IMG/VR virus record: IMGVR_UViG_3300024999_000041
Location: 32,001 to 96,000 of that record
DNA from: a virus
Length of the DNA stretch: 64,000 nucleotides
Strand: one strand, 5' to 3'
Shown piece by piece: positions 27,205-36,347 of this stretch. Position numbers and translations under genes: made by a program. The stretch's first letter is position 1; each line of letters starts with the position of its first letter. The notes below the pieces were generated by a model, which saw only the letters and a program-made list of their open reading frames with translations, did no database searches and had not been told where the DNA came from.

Positions 27205-27729
27205 TTAAAATATAATGGGTCTATCTATATTTGTTAAGTTATTGTTACAAGATACTTTTTCTTTCTTATACGTTCCTCTTTTCTTTCCAGTGCCTTTATT
27301 CTTTTTACTATCTCCCGCAGGAACAGAAAAGATATCTCGGATATTAGCTATAATCTCTCTAGCTATCACTTCATCTACTTTAACATCTACTTCCACAGCA
27401 TCCAAGAACTCAGTAACCATTTGAACTTTAGTCTTGTAACTTCTACCAAACATCTTTTCTTTATTCTCTTGATAATGTTTTTTACTATAAGCCTTAGAAT
27501 ATTCTTTATATTTCTCAGAAGTTCTTTGATACTCAAGACACCTAGCCTGAGCCTTCTTTCTTTTGTCTTCCATAGTATCTACTTGTTCTTTAAGAGTTTT
27601 AATCTGTTCTTTCATGATATTTACTGTAGCTTTATCTTTGCCTATATTATCTAAAACATCAACTTTCTCTTGTAGTATTTCAATAAGTCCTAATAAGTTC
27701 CTAGATGTAACCGTTCTTTTGTCAGCCAT
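27205..27729 (-). CDS. Basic coiled-coil protein
   Basis: AAGGAG RBS; heptad pattern; K-rich tail. Confidence 0.6.
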   Translation of the reverse strand: MADKRTVTSRNLLGLIEILQEKVDVLDNIGKDKATVNIMKEQIKTLKEQVDTMEDKRKKAQARCLEYQRTSEKYKEYSKAYSKKHYQENKEKMFGRSYKTKVQMVTEFLDAVEVDVKVDEVIAREIIANIRDIFSVPAGDSKKNKGTGKKRGTYKKEKVSCNNNLTNIDRPIIF

Positions 27730-27751
27730 AACTATCTCCTTTTAAAATTAT

Positions 27752-28279
27752 CTATACACAGTTACTTCCCATTAAGGGAGAATACCTACGCTCCCAGTAA
27801 CTCTCCATCCTTCTTATGAATCTTGTATCCCTTCGGATGGTTCTACTTAATTTGTGCATAACCCTATTTTCTATCTGTCTTATTCTTTCCCTACCTACCC
27901 CAAGAAGTTTACCTGTTCCTTCTAAAGTTTCTTCCGAATAGTAACGAAATTCTATAACCTTTTTTTCTTTAGAAGATAGTTCATTAAATAACTTATTAAT
28001 ATAAATTATTGCTTCTTTCTTTTCTATCTCATAATCTAAATCAATTACTGAAGTATCGTATCTAATGTTATTCAATATTATTCTATCTATCTCGAATAGT
28101 ATATCTTCGTGAGTGTAAATTTTATAGTGGTACACCTGTCTTCTTAAGTATCTAAGAGTTTCGTACTCTTTTTGGTTACTAGTGTGGCAGGGAATCTTAT
28201 TATAAATTCTTACAAACTTAAGTAAGTCATCAATACTATCTGCGAGTTTACCATTCTTATTTATACAATATTTTTTCAT
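27752..28279 (-). CDS. Sigma70 region 4 HTH domain protein
   Basis: LSSKEKKVIEFRY...TLEGTGKLLGVGRERIRQIENRVMHKL. Confidence 0.75.
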   Translation of the reverse strand: MKKYCINKNGKLADSIDDLLKFVRIYNKIPCHTSNQKEYETLRYLRRQVYHYKIYTHEDILFEIDRIILNNIRYDTSVIDLDYEIEKKEAIIYINKLFNELSSKEKKVIEFRYYSEETLEGTGKLLGVGRERIRQIENRVMHKLSRTIRRDTRFIRRMESYWERRYSPLMGSNCV

Positions 28280-28499
28280 AATCTTATATCAATCCCTGTA
28301 TCTTTAAAATTAACGGAACCAAACTTGTTATGTCTAATAGAATCATTCCAAGTAATACATATAATAAAGATAGGTCGGATAAATTCTTGGAAGCAGGAAT
28401 AATTATAAATAGATTTGCTAATATCAATAATACTATTGCAAAATACATGTATATATCTCCTTTTAAAGTTCGTCATTTTTCTTAAGAGCCGCAAGGTTC

Positions 28500-28745
28500 T
28501 TAACCAAATATTCTTAAAGTCCTATAATCATTATAATGGTATTTAATATCTTGGTATATCTTATCTCCTTCAGAAGTTTTTGATTTATGGGTAATAGTTT
28601 TAATAGTATCTTCTTTAATATACATAGCTTCTACTGAAGGACTGACAATTATATTAACTTCTTTATTCTTAAGTTTAGGAACTATGCCTTCTTGTTTTTC
28701 TATTTCATTTACTACTTGTTTTAATTCTGTCAAACTTAAATACAT
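28500..28745 (-). CDS. Hypothetical protein
   Basis: Start moved to MYLSLT after AAGGAG; promoter TTGACT-17-TATATT at 28780-28808. Confidence 0.55.
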   Translation of the reverse strand: MYLSLTELKQVVNEIEKQEGIVPKLKNKEVNIIVSPSVEAMYIKEDTIKTITHKSKTSEGDKIYQDIKYHYNDYRTLRIFG

Positions 28746-28860
28746 ATATGTCTCCTTATCTATTTCGGTACTAATAATTAATATAGCATGTATGAAATAA
28801 GAAGTCAACATATTGTTAAAATTTATTAAGCTAAAGGTTTACTAGCGAATTAAACATATT

Positions 28861-29140
28861 GAATATAAAGAAAAAGCTTGATACCTTGACTATTGGTCAG
28901 CGGGTGGCAAGCTTACAGGAAATAGATTATGGAGATAAATCAAAAGAAAATGTGGGATTTTGTATCAACACGTCCCTGAAACCCCACGAAAATCGAGCCG
29001 TGGAATAGGAAGCTACAAATCTACCACGCACCGTTTCAATCCTTGACCCAGTGGCTAACCTGTTGGTAGTACTCTAAAGTTTTAAGTACCCGCTACCTCG
29101 GAGCACTGTTCACATATAATAGTCAAGCTTCCTTATATTC
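28861..29140. ncRNA. Candidate 280-nt structured RNA element D
   Basis: GC-enriched and gene-free; terminal stems GAATATAA/TTATATTC, AAGCTTGA/TCAAGCTT, CTTGACTATT/AATAGTCAAG; inner AGCGGGT/ACCCGCT. Confidence 0.4.
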
Positions 29141-29296
29141 TATTACATGCCGTTATGTATATAGTTATTGTTTTAAAGAAACTAATAGAACTGATAAACT
29201 ATTAGAGTGAGTGTATTAGCAATAAAGGTAATTCTCAGTTTTTAATTACAGGTTTATTTTTTCTATACTTAGATATTAATTTCTTATGACTTGTTA

Positions 29297-29596
29297 TTAT
29301 TCCTCTTCTAATCTTATTGATATGTTACATATATCGGGCTCCCAATCTGGCGGATGAAGTTCACATCCCTCGTCCCATAAGTCTCCTACATGTTGTTTAC
29401 ATACATGAGAGTATCTATCATAGATAGCTCTTATGCCGTCAGGAGGATATACGATAGTATAGTCTGCATCTTTGCTACAAGGTATATGACAGCAAAAGTT
29501 ATTCCCAGAAGGATTATAACAGATAGAACGGTTTCCCGTTATCCTATCTACTAATCCATACCAGTAAAAACTTATATACGCTAATATCTTTTTCAT
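29297..29596 (-). CDS. Cys/His-rich hypothetical protein
   Basis: C...CC..C...HVC..H. Confidence 0.55.
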   Translation of the reverse strand: MKKILAYISFYWYGLVDRITGNRSICYNPSGNNFCCHIPCSKDADYTIVYPPDGIRAIYDRYSHVCKQHVGDLWDEGCELHPPDWEPDICNISIRLEEE

Positions 29597-30106
29597 TAAA
29601 TTATATTGAATTTCTTAAGTATGTTATATAAATTATGAGGATTAGTTTGAGAAGAGTTTATATCATGTAATACTTTACAATGGAATAAAGCATCTGTTAC
29701 TACCTCAGAACAGTAGAGAAATTTCTCCGATTCTTTTGTTTTAATCTTTGAATTAATACCGTGAAGTCCCGATACAAATGCTTGATAGAAATCATAAGGT
29801 CTTCCATTTACATCAGTAACAAAAGCTCTGAAAGCATTCGCATCAAATCTTTCTCTAGCACTTGCAGTTAGGGGGGAAGCAATCTTTACTCTGTGTTCTA
29901 TTTAATGCTTCTGACAATGGAACTATTCTCACTCCACTTGTTTGAGCTTCTAACATATTTTCTGAATCAACTGCAATACCTACGTGAGTATATTTAGACC
30001 AAGTAAATATTCTAATGATTTGTCCCATTAAATCAGCAGGTTCAAAAAATACTACATCTCCTGCTTGAAGCTTTGGAAATTGTTTTTGTTTCTTACTGAA
30101 TAACAT
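29596..30106 (-). pseudogene. Permuted papain-like amidase (YiiX/YaeF, NlpC/P60 superfamily) split by one frameshift
   Basis: LQAGDVVF...YTHVGI...LEA in frame 0; GRPYDF...YCSEVV in +1 frame to stop at 29596. Confidence 0.65.
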
Positions 30107-30133
30107 AATTTATTCTCCTATTGTTTATAATAT

Positions 30134-30355
30134 TTATGTAGCATTGATTATAGTTTCATAAGACAATTGAACTTTGGTAGGGTCTAATGCTTGGAAGTTA
30201 CCCCTATCCTCAAAAGCAAATTCAACATTATCTACTGTGTATGTAACCTTTACTCCATGTATGTCTGTTATAGATATTAAGTCTCCCGCTCTTGGTAATA
30301 AAACCACAGTTAAGTTCTCTGCTATTACGGTTCCACCTACTACTAATTTCATCAT
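30134..30355 (-). CDS. Hypothetical protein
   Basis: AAGGAG RBS; LPRAGDLI motif. Confidence 0.6.
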   Translation of the reverse strand: MMKLVVGGTVIAENLTVVLLPRAGDLISITDIHGVKVTYTVDNVEFAFEDRGNFQALDPTKVQLSYETIINAT

Positions 30356-30378
30356 ATATTATTCTCCTTTAATTAATA

Positions 30379-30612
30379 TTATATGTCCCAACTTATTTCC
30401 AGTACTCTGTCAGTCTCTGTTGTTTTCTGTATGGTTACTTTATACCCTGCTTCTTGATAGTATGATACTACCTCGTCCGATAATGAAATAGGAATCTCAT
30501 CTACTTTAATACTAAGCTTACCGTAGTGTACCCTTCCGTTTACCTTGTTATCTACTATGGATATAATAGAATCCAATGTTTCTTTACGAACTTCCTTAGC
30601 GGATTTTGTCAT
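30379..30612 (-). CDS. Hypothetical protein
   Basis: Coupled ORF. Confidence 0.6.
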   Translation of the reverse strand: MTKSAKEVRKETLDSIISIVDNKVNGRVHYGKLSIKVDEIPISLSDEVVSYYQEAGYKVTIQKTTETDRVLEISWDI

Positions 30613-30819
30613 CTAGTCCTCCTTATAATTTGATAGCATTACATCATAATCGCTGAAAGCGTATGAGAGTTTTACTATCAAATCCCATGCTTCATCGGAA
30701 GGAGCTACGTCCTTTGATTCAAAGAAGTCCAGTATCTTTAATAGAGCTACTGCTTCTGTATTTGTTTCCAGTGTTATCTTAATAGGTTGAAATGACAATC
30801 CTTCTTGTTCTATCTTCAT
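30613..30819 (-). CDS. Hypothetical protein
   Basis: Coupled ORF. Confidence 0.55.
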   Translation of the reverse strand: MKIEQEGLSFQPIKITLETNTEAVALLKILDFFESKDVAPSDEAWDLIVKLSYAFSDYDVMLSNYKED

Positions 30820-31154
30820 CTTACTAACTCCTCTAATACTTCAGCAGAAACTTGAGGTAGTTTATAATTAGGGTCTTCTAATTCCCTAATCATTCTTCCA
30901 AAATTAGTTATCTCTTTAATAGAATTTCTTATAGAAGATTTAATACTTGTATAAGCAATGGTAAATTCTGGATACAAATCTCTATATCCATTACAGTCGC
31001 TATATGTAATTCCCCATAAAAAATTAGATATGTCCATTGGTAACTTAGCATTAAGTAAAGTGTTCTTAATAACTCTTTGATATAGTCTTGGGAAATCATT
31101 AGATTTCTTCGAGTCTATTATCTTTTGGAAATCTCTAAGTGTATAAATTTTCAT
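30816..31154 (-). CDS. Hypothetical protein with tag-like end
   Basis: Ends AEVLEELVR. Confidence 0.6.
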   Translation of the reverse strand: MKIYTLRDFQKIIDSKKSNDFPRLYQRVIKNTLLNAKLPMDISNFLWGITYSDCNGYRDLYPEFTIAYTSIKSSIRNSIKEITNFGRMIRELEDPNYKLPQVSAEVLEELVR

Positions 31155-31444
31155 ACTGGTTTATATTCCTCCACATCTTTATAAATTATATGTTTAAATC
31201 TATCTTGAATAATCCTAGGATTATTAGGAAGTTGTTTAAGTATCTCCACAGCATCAGGAAAGATATGATTAGACGGTATTACAATTTCAGTTCCGTTTGC
31301 TATCATGTAACAATTATCATCTATGATTATATGAGAATAGTTATTATTAAATTGTACATAAGATATAGTTTCATAACTAGACTTACCTAATCTGCTAGGA
31401 TTAAGAGATAAAACTTTTATCCTAATTGGATTAAAATCTATCAT
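31151..31444 (-). CDS. Hypothetical protein
   Basis: Coupled ORF. Confidence 0.55.
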   Translation of the reverse strand: MIDFNPIRIKVLSLNPSRLGKSSYETISYVQFNNNYSHIIIDDNCYMIANGTEIVIPSNHIFPDAVEILKQLPNNPRIIQDRFKHIIYKDVEEYKPV

Positions 31445-31792
31445 TTATTTATCTTTCTTAAAGTATTTTAAATATATTCTTAATAATTCTTTTTGGTCGT
31501 CTTCCATCATATCCCTGCTACAACGTGAACAAACCTTATGATGTTTCTCATAAAGTTCAACAACTCTTTTGCAATCTATATAGAAAGAATATAATTTACC
31601 TATATCCATTACTTTTATTTCCTATGGTACTTTGAATTTCCTGAACCGCCTTTAGGAGGAATTGGATTATCGGTAGTCCTCTTACCTCCAGTATATCCTC
31701 TAGGATAATTTTCTATAAATAGTATATAGAAACCCACACAACCTAATACAAATATCAGAGGATAAATATTAATCAATGAATCAACATTCATC

Positions 31793-32134
31793 CTATCTTG
31801 TCCTAGGAGGTTTAGTATCAGCAGGTATCTCTCCTCTGCCTTCATGACATCTACTTCTGATAAGAGGTCTCACATCTTGAGAAGGGTCATACTCATTCTT
31901 ACTTTGTTTTTTAATCTTAGTAGCAAGTAAAGCATCAACACATTCAACAAGAACCTTTACGGTATTTTCCAGTTGAGTTATTCTATTTAACATGTTTTTA
32001 TCATTGAGGGGAGAACCCTTACCAACCGTCAAATTTGTAAAAGAATTTATACTGGACACATCTGGATAAGGACAAGTTCCTAAGAGTTGACATCTTACTC
32101 CATTGAAGTTACCACAACCATCACACTTATTCAT
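31793..32134 (-). CDS. Cys-cluster/coiled-coil hypothetical protein
   Basis: CDGC...C...C; RITQLENTV. Confidence 0.55.
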   Translation of the reverse strand: MNKCDGCGNFNGVRCQLLGTCPYPDVSSINSFTNLTVGKGSPLNDKNMLNRITQLENTVKVLVECVDALLATKIKKQSKNEYDPSQDVRPLIRSRCHEGRGEIPADTKPPRTR

Positions 32135-32492
32135 TATTAAATTCCTTTTTGTTTCTTCTCTAACTTCTTAAGTCTTCTCTCCGCTTTCCTCTTCTCGGTT
32201 CTAAATCCTCTGGGGTCAGACTTCCTCCAACTCTCCATGAAAGCAAAAGTATCTTGGGACATAGTTTCTTCCCGATTATTCCCAGAGTATTTGTTCAACA
32301 AAGTATCAAGAACTTGTTCTGTTGTATCTTTATTAATACTTTCCATATTTACTATTATAACCTCTTCCATTAGATTTGTCAACTGCTGTGATAAACATTT
32401 CTTTTAACTTAGGGTTATTTGTTTTTCTTATTAAAAGTTCTTTAAAACATACTTCTAATATATCTCTTCTACTTTGTTCAAAATTATTCATG

Positions 32493-32804
32493 TTAATTTC
32501 CTTTAATTGTTTTAATAACATCGAGTCTCTGTTGATAAGCTTTAATCATAGTTTCAATCAATTCAATACCCGTATCTAAATTTTGTTCATCTAGGGTAAG
32601 CTGTTTCAATTCATCGGTATCAGCTTTGTCTCTATACAATGTTTTAACTTTAATAGCTAAATCTTGTAACGAGTCCATCACGTCGTCATTACTCTTAGCA
32701 GCTTTATTGTACAGGTTAATTTTATTCTTGGGAACTTTTCTATCCAGCAGGTATTTAATTACTGGGGCTAACAATACAATTATTTTTACTACATCTATTT
32801 TCAT
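32493..32804 (-). CDS. Hypothetical coiled-coil protein with hydrophobic N-terminus
   Basis: AAGGAG RBS. Confidence 0.6.
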   Translation of the reverse strand: MKIDVVKIIVLLAPVIKYLLDRKVPKNKINLYNKAAKSNDDVMDSLQDLAIKVKTLYRDKADTDELKQLTLDEQNLDTGIELIETMIKAYQQRLDVIKTIKGN

Positions 32805-32813
32805 ACTATCTCC

Positions 32814-33716
32814 TTACCTATTTAATACCTTAGCTAAATCATCTAACTCATCATACCATTCATTGTTTATATAATTCTTGGTTAAGTTCTCTAAGTCTTT
32901 AAGATTCTTATCTGAAACATTATCCATACTTGAGTTATCTTTAGAGAGTCTGACTTGAAATCTCCAGTAATCTTTTATAGGTAACATTTTTCTTAATATG
33001 TATTCTGTAGTATCTGATTGACCATCGGATACTAAATCAAATAGACCAGTAGCCCAATCCAACATATTATATTTCTTAATCTTATTTGGGTCTACGTATT
33101 CATATAAGGAACCAGTACCCAAAGATACTAATATTATCTCTTCATTAGGATACTTCTTCTGTGCTTCCGTATAAGCACACAGGGCTGGATTATTTGCAAA
33201 TACTCCCCCGTCAACACAGAGCATATCATTTAACACAAATGACTCAAAGAAGGTAGGAGCTGCTGAAGTGGCTCTCGCTATCTGAGATAATAAAACATTA
33301 GAATATCTCTTATCTTCTTTAGTGAAGAATACTGCTTGCTTAGAGAGGATATCGTAAGTTGTTACCAGTAATCCCTTATCGGGTCTGGTATCTCCTAGTT
33401 TAACTCCTTTAAAGATATCATTAAGAACTCCATCTATATCTGCTGAAGGATATTTTATAGCATCAAGTGGGTTAAGTTTTAACTTCCCTTTAAATATTTT
33501 ATGTATGGGTTCTTTGGTATAAAAATTATATATATCGTCCATACTCATACCCGTAGATAAAAGTAAAGATATAATGCCTCCTGTAGAAGTTCCAGCAAAG
33601 AAATCAAAACTTTGTTGTATGGGTTTATCTAAAAGATTGTTTTCCAGATATCTCAACAGAACTATTGGAATTAATCCTTTACATCCTCCCCCATCTATAG
33701 ATAATATTTTCTTCAT
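32814..33716 (-). CDS. Patatin-like phospholipase
   Basis: DGGGCKG, GTSTG nucleophile elbow, DGGVFANNP. Confidence 0.9.
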   Translation of the reverse strand: MKKILSIDGGGCKGLIPIVLLRYLENNLLDKPIQQSFDFFAGTSTGGIISLLLSTGMSMDDIYNFYTKEPIHKIFKGKLKLNPLDAIKYPSADIDGVLNDIFKGVKLGDTRPDKGLLVTTYDILSKQAVFFTKEDKRYSNVLLSQIARATSAAPTFFESFVLNDMLCVDGGVFANNPALCAYTEAQKKYPNEEIILVSLGTGSLYEYVDPNKIKKYNMLDWATGLFDLVSDGQSDTTEYILRKMLPIKDYWRFQVRLSKDNSSMDNVSDKNLKDLENLTKNYINNEWYDELDDLAKVLNR

Positions 33717-33726
33717 TATATAACTC

Positions 33727-34029
33727 CTAAGTTAATTTAATTACAGATAGTATATCTTTCCATACCACATTTAAAACTATATTTTCATTAGGAGGAGCAA
33801 TATATACATAGTCAAATTCCGCTTCTGTTTTAATAACATAGGTTCCTACAGTCTCCGAAAAATCTCCCAGTAATATTCTTCCATTACCTAATACATAATC
33901 AAACACTTCCTGTTTCATATCTAATAATGTTTGAGCATCCACAGGAACAACAGTTACAAAATTAGTTCCCGTAAATTCAAAAGTTTTATCAACATCATCA
34001 TGTATAGTTATACTAAAATTAAATATCAT
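33727..34029 (-). CDS. Hypothetical (virion-like) protein
   Basis: In cluster with fibre-like genes. Confidence 0.55.
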   Translation of the reverse strand: MIFNFSITIHDDVDKTFEFTGTNFVTVVPVDAQTLLDMKQEVFDYVLGNGRILLGDFSETVGTYVIKTEAEFDYVYIAPPNENIVLNVVWKDILSVIKLT

Positions 34030-34038
34030 ATTATTTTC

Positions 34039-34722
34039 CTATGCTGGTTTCTGTAATACAATCCAACCACTGCCGTCGGGATTTGCGAATAACTCACAAG
34101 CTCTTCCTCCAGATACAGAAAGTATATTAGAGTTATCTATAGTTTGTCCTGAAGTAGAATAGAAGTATACAGTTCTATTTCCTATATTCTTTATGTAATA
34201 AACTCTTTCTGGACAATTAAGTACATTAGGCAAATAAGCATTGATACTGTGGTCTGTGTCAAAAATCCATACAGTAGCTGAAGCATCCAAAGTTATATTA
34301 CTGGAACCAGTTACCTTATGTGATTTTATGGAACCAGTACCGTCCTGACCTATCACGGGTAAAGAATTCATTAGTTCATCTAATCTGGTAGGAGATTGAT
34401 TAAGGGAAGTTATGTACGTTTTCCAGTTCTCCCATTCGGTGGAAGTTATATCTACCATATCTGGATATCCTATCACTATATCATTAGCTCCGTCTACCCT
34501 CAACACTTTAAAATAGGGAGTTACTTTTAACTTAGCATCTATTTCCATAGATGTTTTATTAGCATTATATATATCCGTAAGGTCTGGAACAGTAGGCTCT
34601 GGGTCTTCTAAATTCCATGAATGGATATAAGTATTCCCAGCACTATCAACCTTAAGAATAACATCCTTCTTAAAATCTATCTTTCTCCCAAGTTTCTTTT
34701 CTATACTAGAAGCAAAATCCAT
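34039..34722 (-). CDS. XkdW-like N-terminal domain, tail fibre-associated protein
   Basis: YIHSWNLEDPEPT motif; C-terminal beta domain LP...RVYYIKN. Confidence 0.5.
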   Translation of the reverse strand: MDFASSIEKKLGRKIDFKKDVILKVDSAGNTYIHSWNLEDPEPTVPDLTDIYNANKTSMEIDAKLKVTPYFKVLRVDGANDIVIGYPDMVDITSTEWENWKTYITSLNQSPTRLDELMNSLPVIGQDGTGSIKSHKVTGSSNITLDASATVWIFDTDHSINAYLPNVLNCPERVYYIKNIGNRTVYFYSTSGQTIDNSNILSVSGGRACELFANPDGSGWIVLQKPA

Positions 34723-35348
34723 TATAAGCCTCTCCCTTCCACAGTTAATATCTCTAATCTATAATCTGTTAAGCTCAGAGTGCTAAGACTACTGTTATAA
34801 ACTTCCACTGCAAGAGTATCTCCCTTAGTTAATCTGGTTATAACATTACAGGAGGTTAATAAATCTTCCGTAGAGAGTAACCCCGCCATAGAGACATTAG
34901 TATCAAAATCTATTATGGCACCATTCTTTCTTACCGTTACTTCAAACTTATAATTACTAGAAACATTATTTAAAGTTCCCACAAAGTTCACAGCTACAAA
35001 TTGTACCTTCTTAGAAGTAAAAGTATTAGTTACAAACTCTACATCTTTATCTTCTACTTCAGTAAAATTGACAGAAGTGAATACCCTTGATTGAATACTC
35101 TGAGAAGTTCCTGTAGCATAAACATAAGAGTCTGGATAATTAGACCACAGGGTATGGTCGAGAGTATTCCATAGGTCAAGTAACTGTTGGTAGGTAGGCT
35201 TAGTGGGAGAAACTATATTCCATTCCTCTATACAAAATCCATCTGGGTCTGAGTCTCCATCCCAATCTTGACAGATTATAACTTCTGAATTATAATCTAC
35301 CTCCCTGCCAACATAAGCATCTACTGCTTCTCTATAATTAAAACTCAT
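34722..35348 (-). CDS. XkdW-like plus C1q/TNF-like domain protein
   Basis: IEEWNIVSPTKPT; QSIQ...VNFTEVED..EF..NTFT...LTKGDTLAVEV. Confidence 0.5.
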   Translation of the reverse strand: MSFNYREAVDAYVGREVDYNSEVIICQDWDGDSDPDGFCIEEWNIVSPTKPTYQQLLDLWNTLDHTLWSNYPDSYVYATGTSQSIQSRVFTSVNFTEVEDKDVEFVTNTFTSKKVQFVAVNFVGTLNNVSSNYKFEVTVRKNGAIIDFDTNVSMAGLLSTEDLLTSCNVITRLTKGDTLAVEVYNSSLSTLSLTDYRLEILTVEGRGL

Positions 35349-35359
35349 TAATATATTTC

Positions 35360-36046
35360 CTACCTTAATTTAATAATACTAAGTATTTGATTTCCATCCA
35401 AGTTTCTATTGTTACTGCCATCAGTATGTCTAGCATAAATTTCTAAAGTATCATTTGCAACAACATCTATCGGAAAAGATATATTAACACATACTAATCC
35501 TCCAGTAGCTCCTCCTCCGCTATTTTCTAAAGCGTGTATATAAGTACTGCCATTCTTATAAATGTAAAGATACAACAATCTATCATTACCAAAACCAGTT
35601 CCAGAAAAGGAAGCAGATACTAATACCGTTTGGGTGGATAAGCTAGTGAAAGTACTGCTTGAAAATTCAGATAAAGTATCCGTTACTTCAGTTGGAAATA
35701 ATACTTTAGTGTATACTCCTCCTTGAATAGCTTGGGTAGACGTATTCTTTACAAGTACTTTAGATGCTGGAAGAGAATCTATACTAGACCAACTTGTATC
35801 AGTTCCGTCCGTTGTAAGAATCTTAGAAGTGTTCCCAGTTTGAGATGGTAGTAAATTGTTCAAAGAAGTATTTTTATTGGATACATCATTGAGATTATTA
35901 CCTCCAAGAAGTATCTTAGAAAAAACTCCTCCAAAGTTTTTCCCTTCCAAGGTTCCACTATTACTTTGAATAGTTACCTTGTTACTAGACTTACCTAATG
36001 AAAATATGCTTCTCAGAGTGCCTTCTATATTTAGAAAGTCGCTCAT
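35360..36046 (-). CDS. Tail fibre-like protein with C1q/TNF-like head
   Basis: NLLPSQTGNTSKILTTDG stalk; TKVLFPTEVTDT..EFSSSTFT...NDTLEIY. Confidence 0.55.
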   Translation of the reverse strand: MSDFLNIEGTLRSIFSLGKSSNKVTIQSNSGTLEGKNFGGVFSKILLGGNNLNDVSNKNTSLNNLLPSQTGNTSKILTTDGTDTSWSSIDSLPASKVLVKNTSTQAIQGGVYTKVLFPTEVTDTLSEFSSSTFTSLSTQTVLVSASFSGTGFGNDRLLYLYIYKNGSTYIHALENSGGGATGGLVCVNISFPIDVVANDTLEIYARHTDGSNNRNLDGNQILSIIKLR

Positions 36047-36101
36047 GTAATCTCCTTTTTATATATGTTTATATTAAATACTATTTTTACATACTAATAT
36101 T

Positions 36102-36130
36102 ATTTTATCACAAGTTAAGATGAATGTCAA
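36102..36130 (-). promoter_or_regulatory. sigma70 promoter
   Basis: TTGACA-17-TAAAAT with TG. Confidence 0.6.
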
Positions 36131-36347
36131 TAGTCTAGTTGAAAATATCTGTATCTTCAATCATAGTGTCTATCTTACCACATGTATCAAGACCTTCTTC
36201 ATATACTACTGTATCTAACAGTCCCACAGTAAACCTAGAAGTATCTTTAAATAACAATTTATATCTTCCCGATAACTTTGAAGCTAGTTTATATAATCTT
36301 TTTAATTCTAATTCATATTTATCTTTAGACATATAATTCCCCTTTTA

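Noticed and set aside
32814-33716. CBASS operon
   Set aside because: No CD-NTase or ancillary cap genes nearby
33727-36046. Diversity-generating retroelement acting on fibre genes
   Set aside because: No reverse transcriptase and no template/variable repeat pair seen
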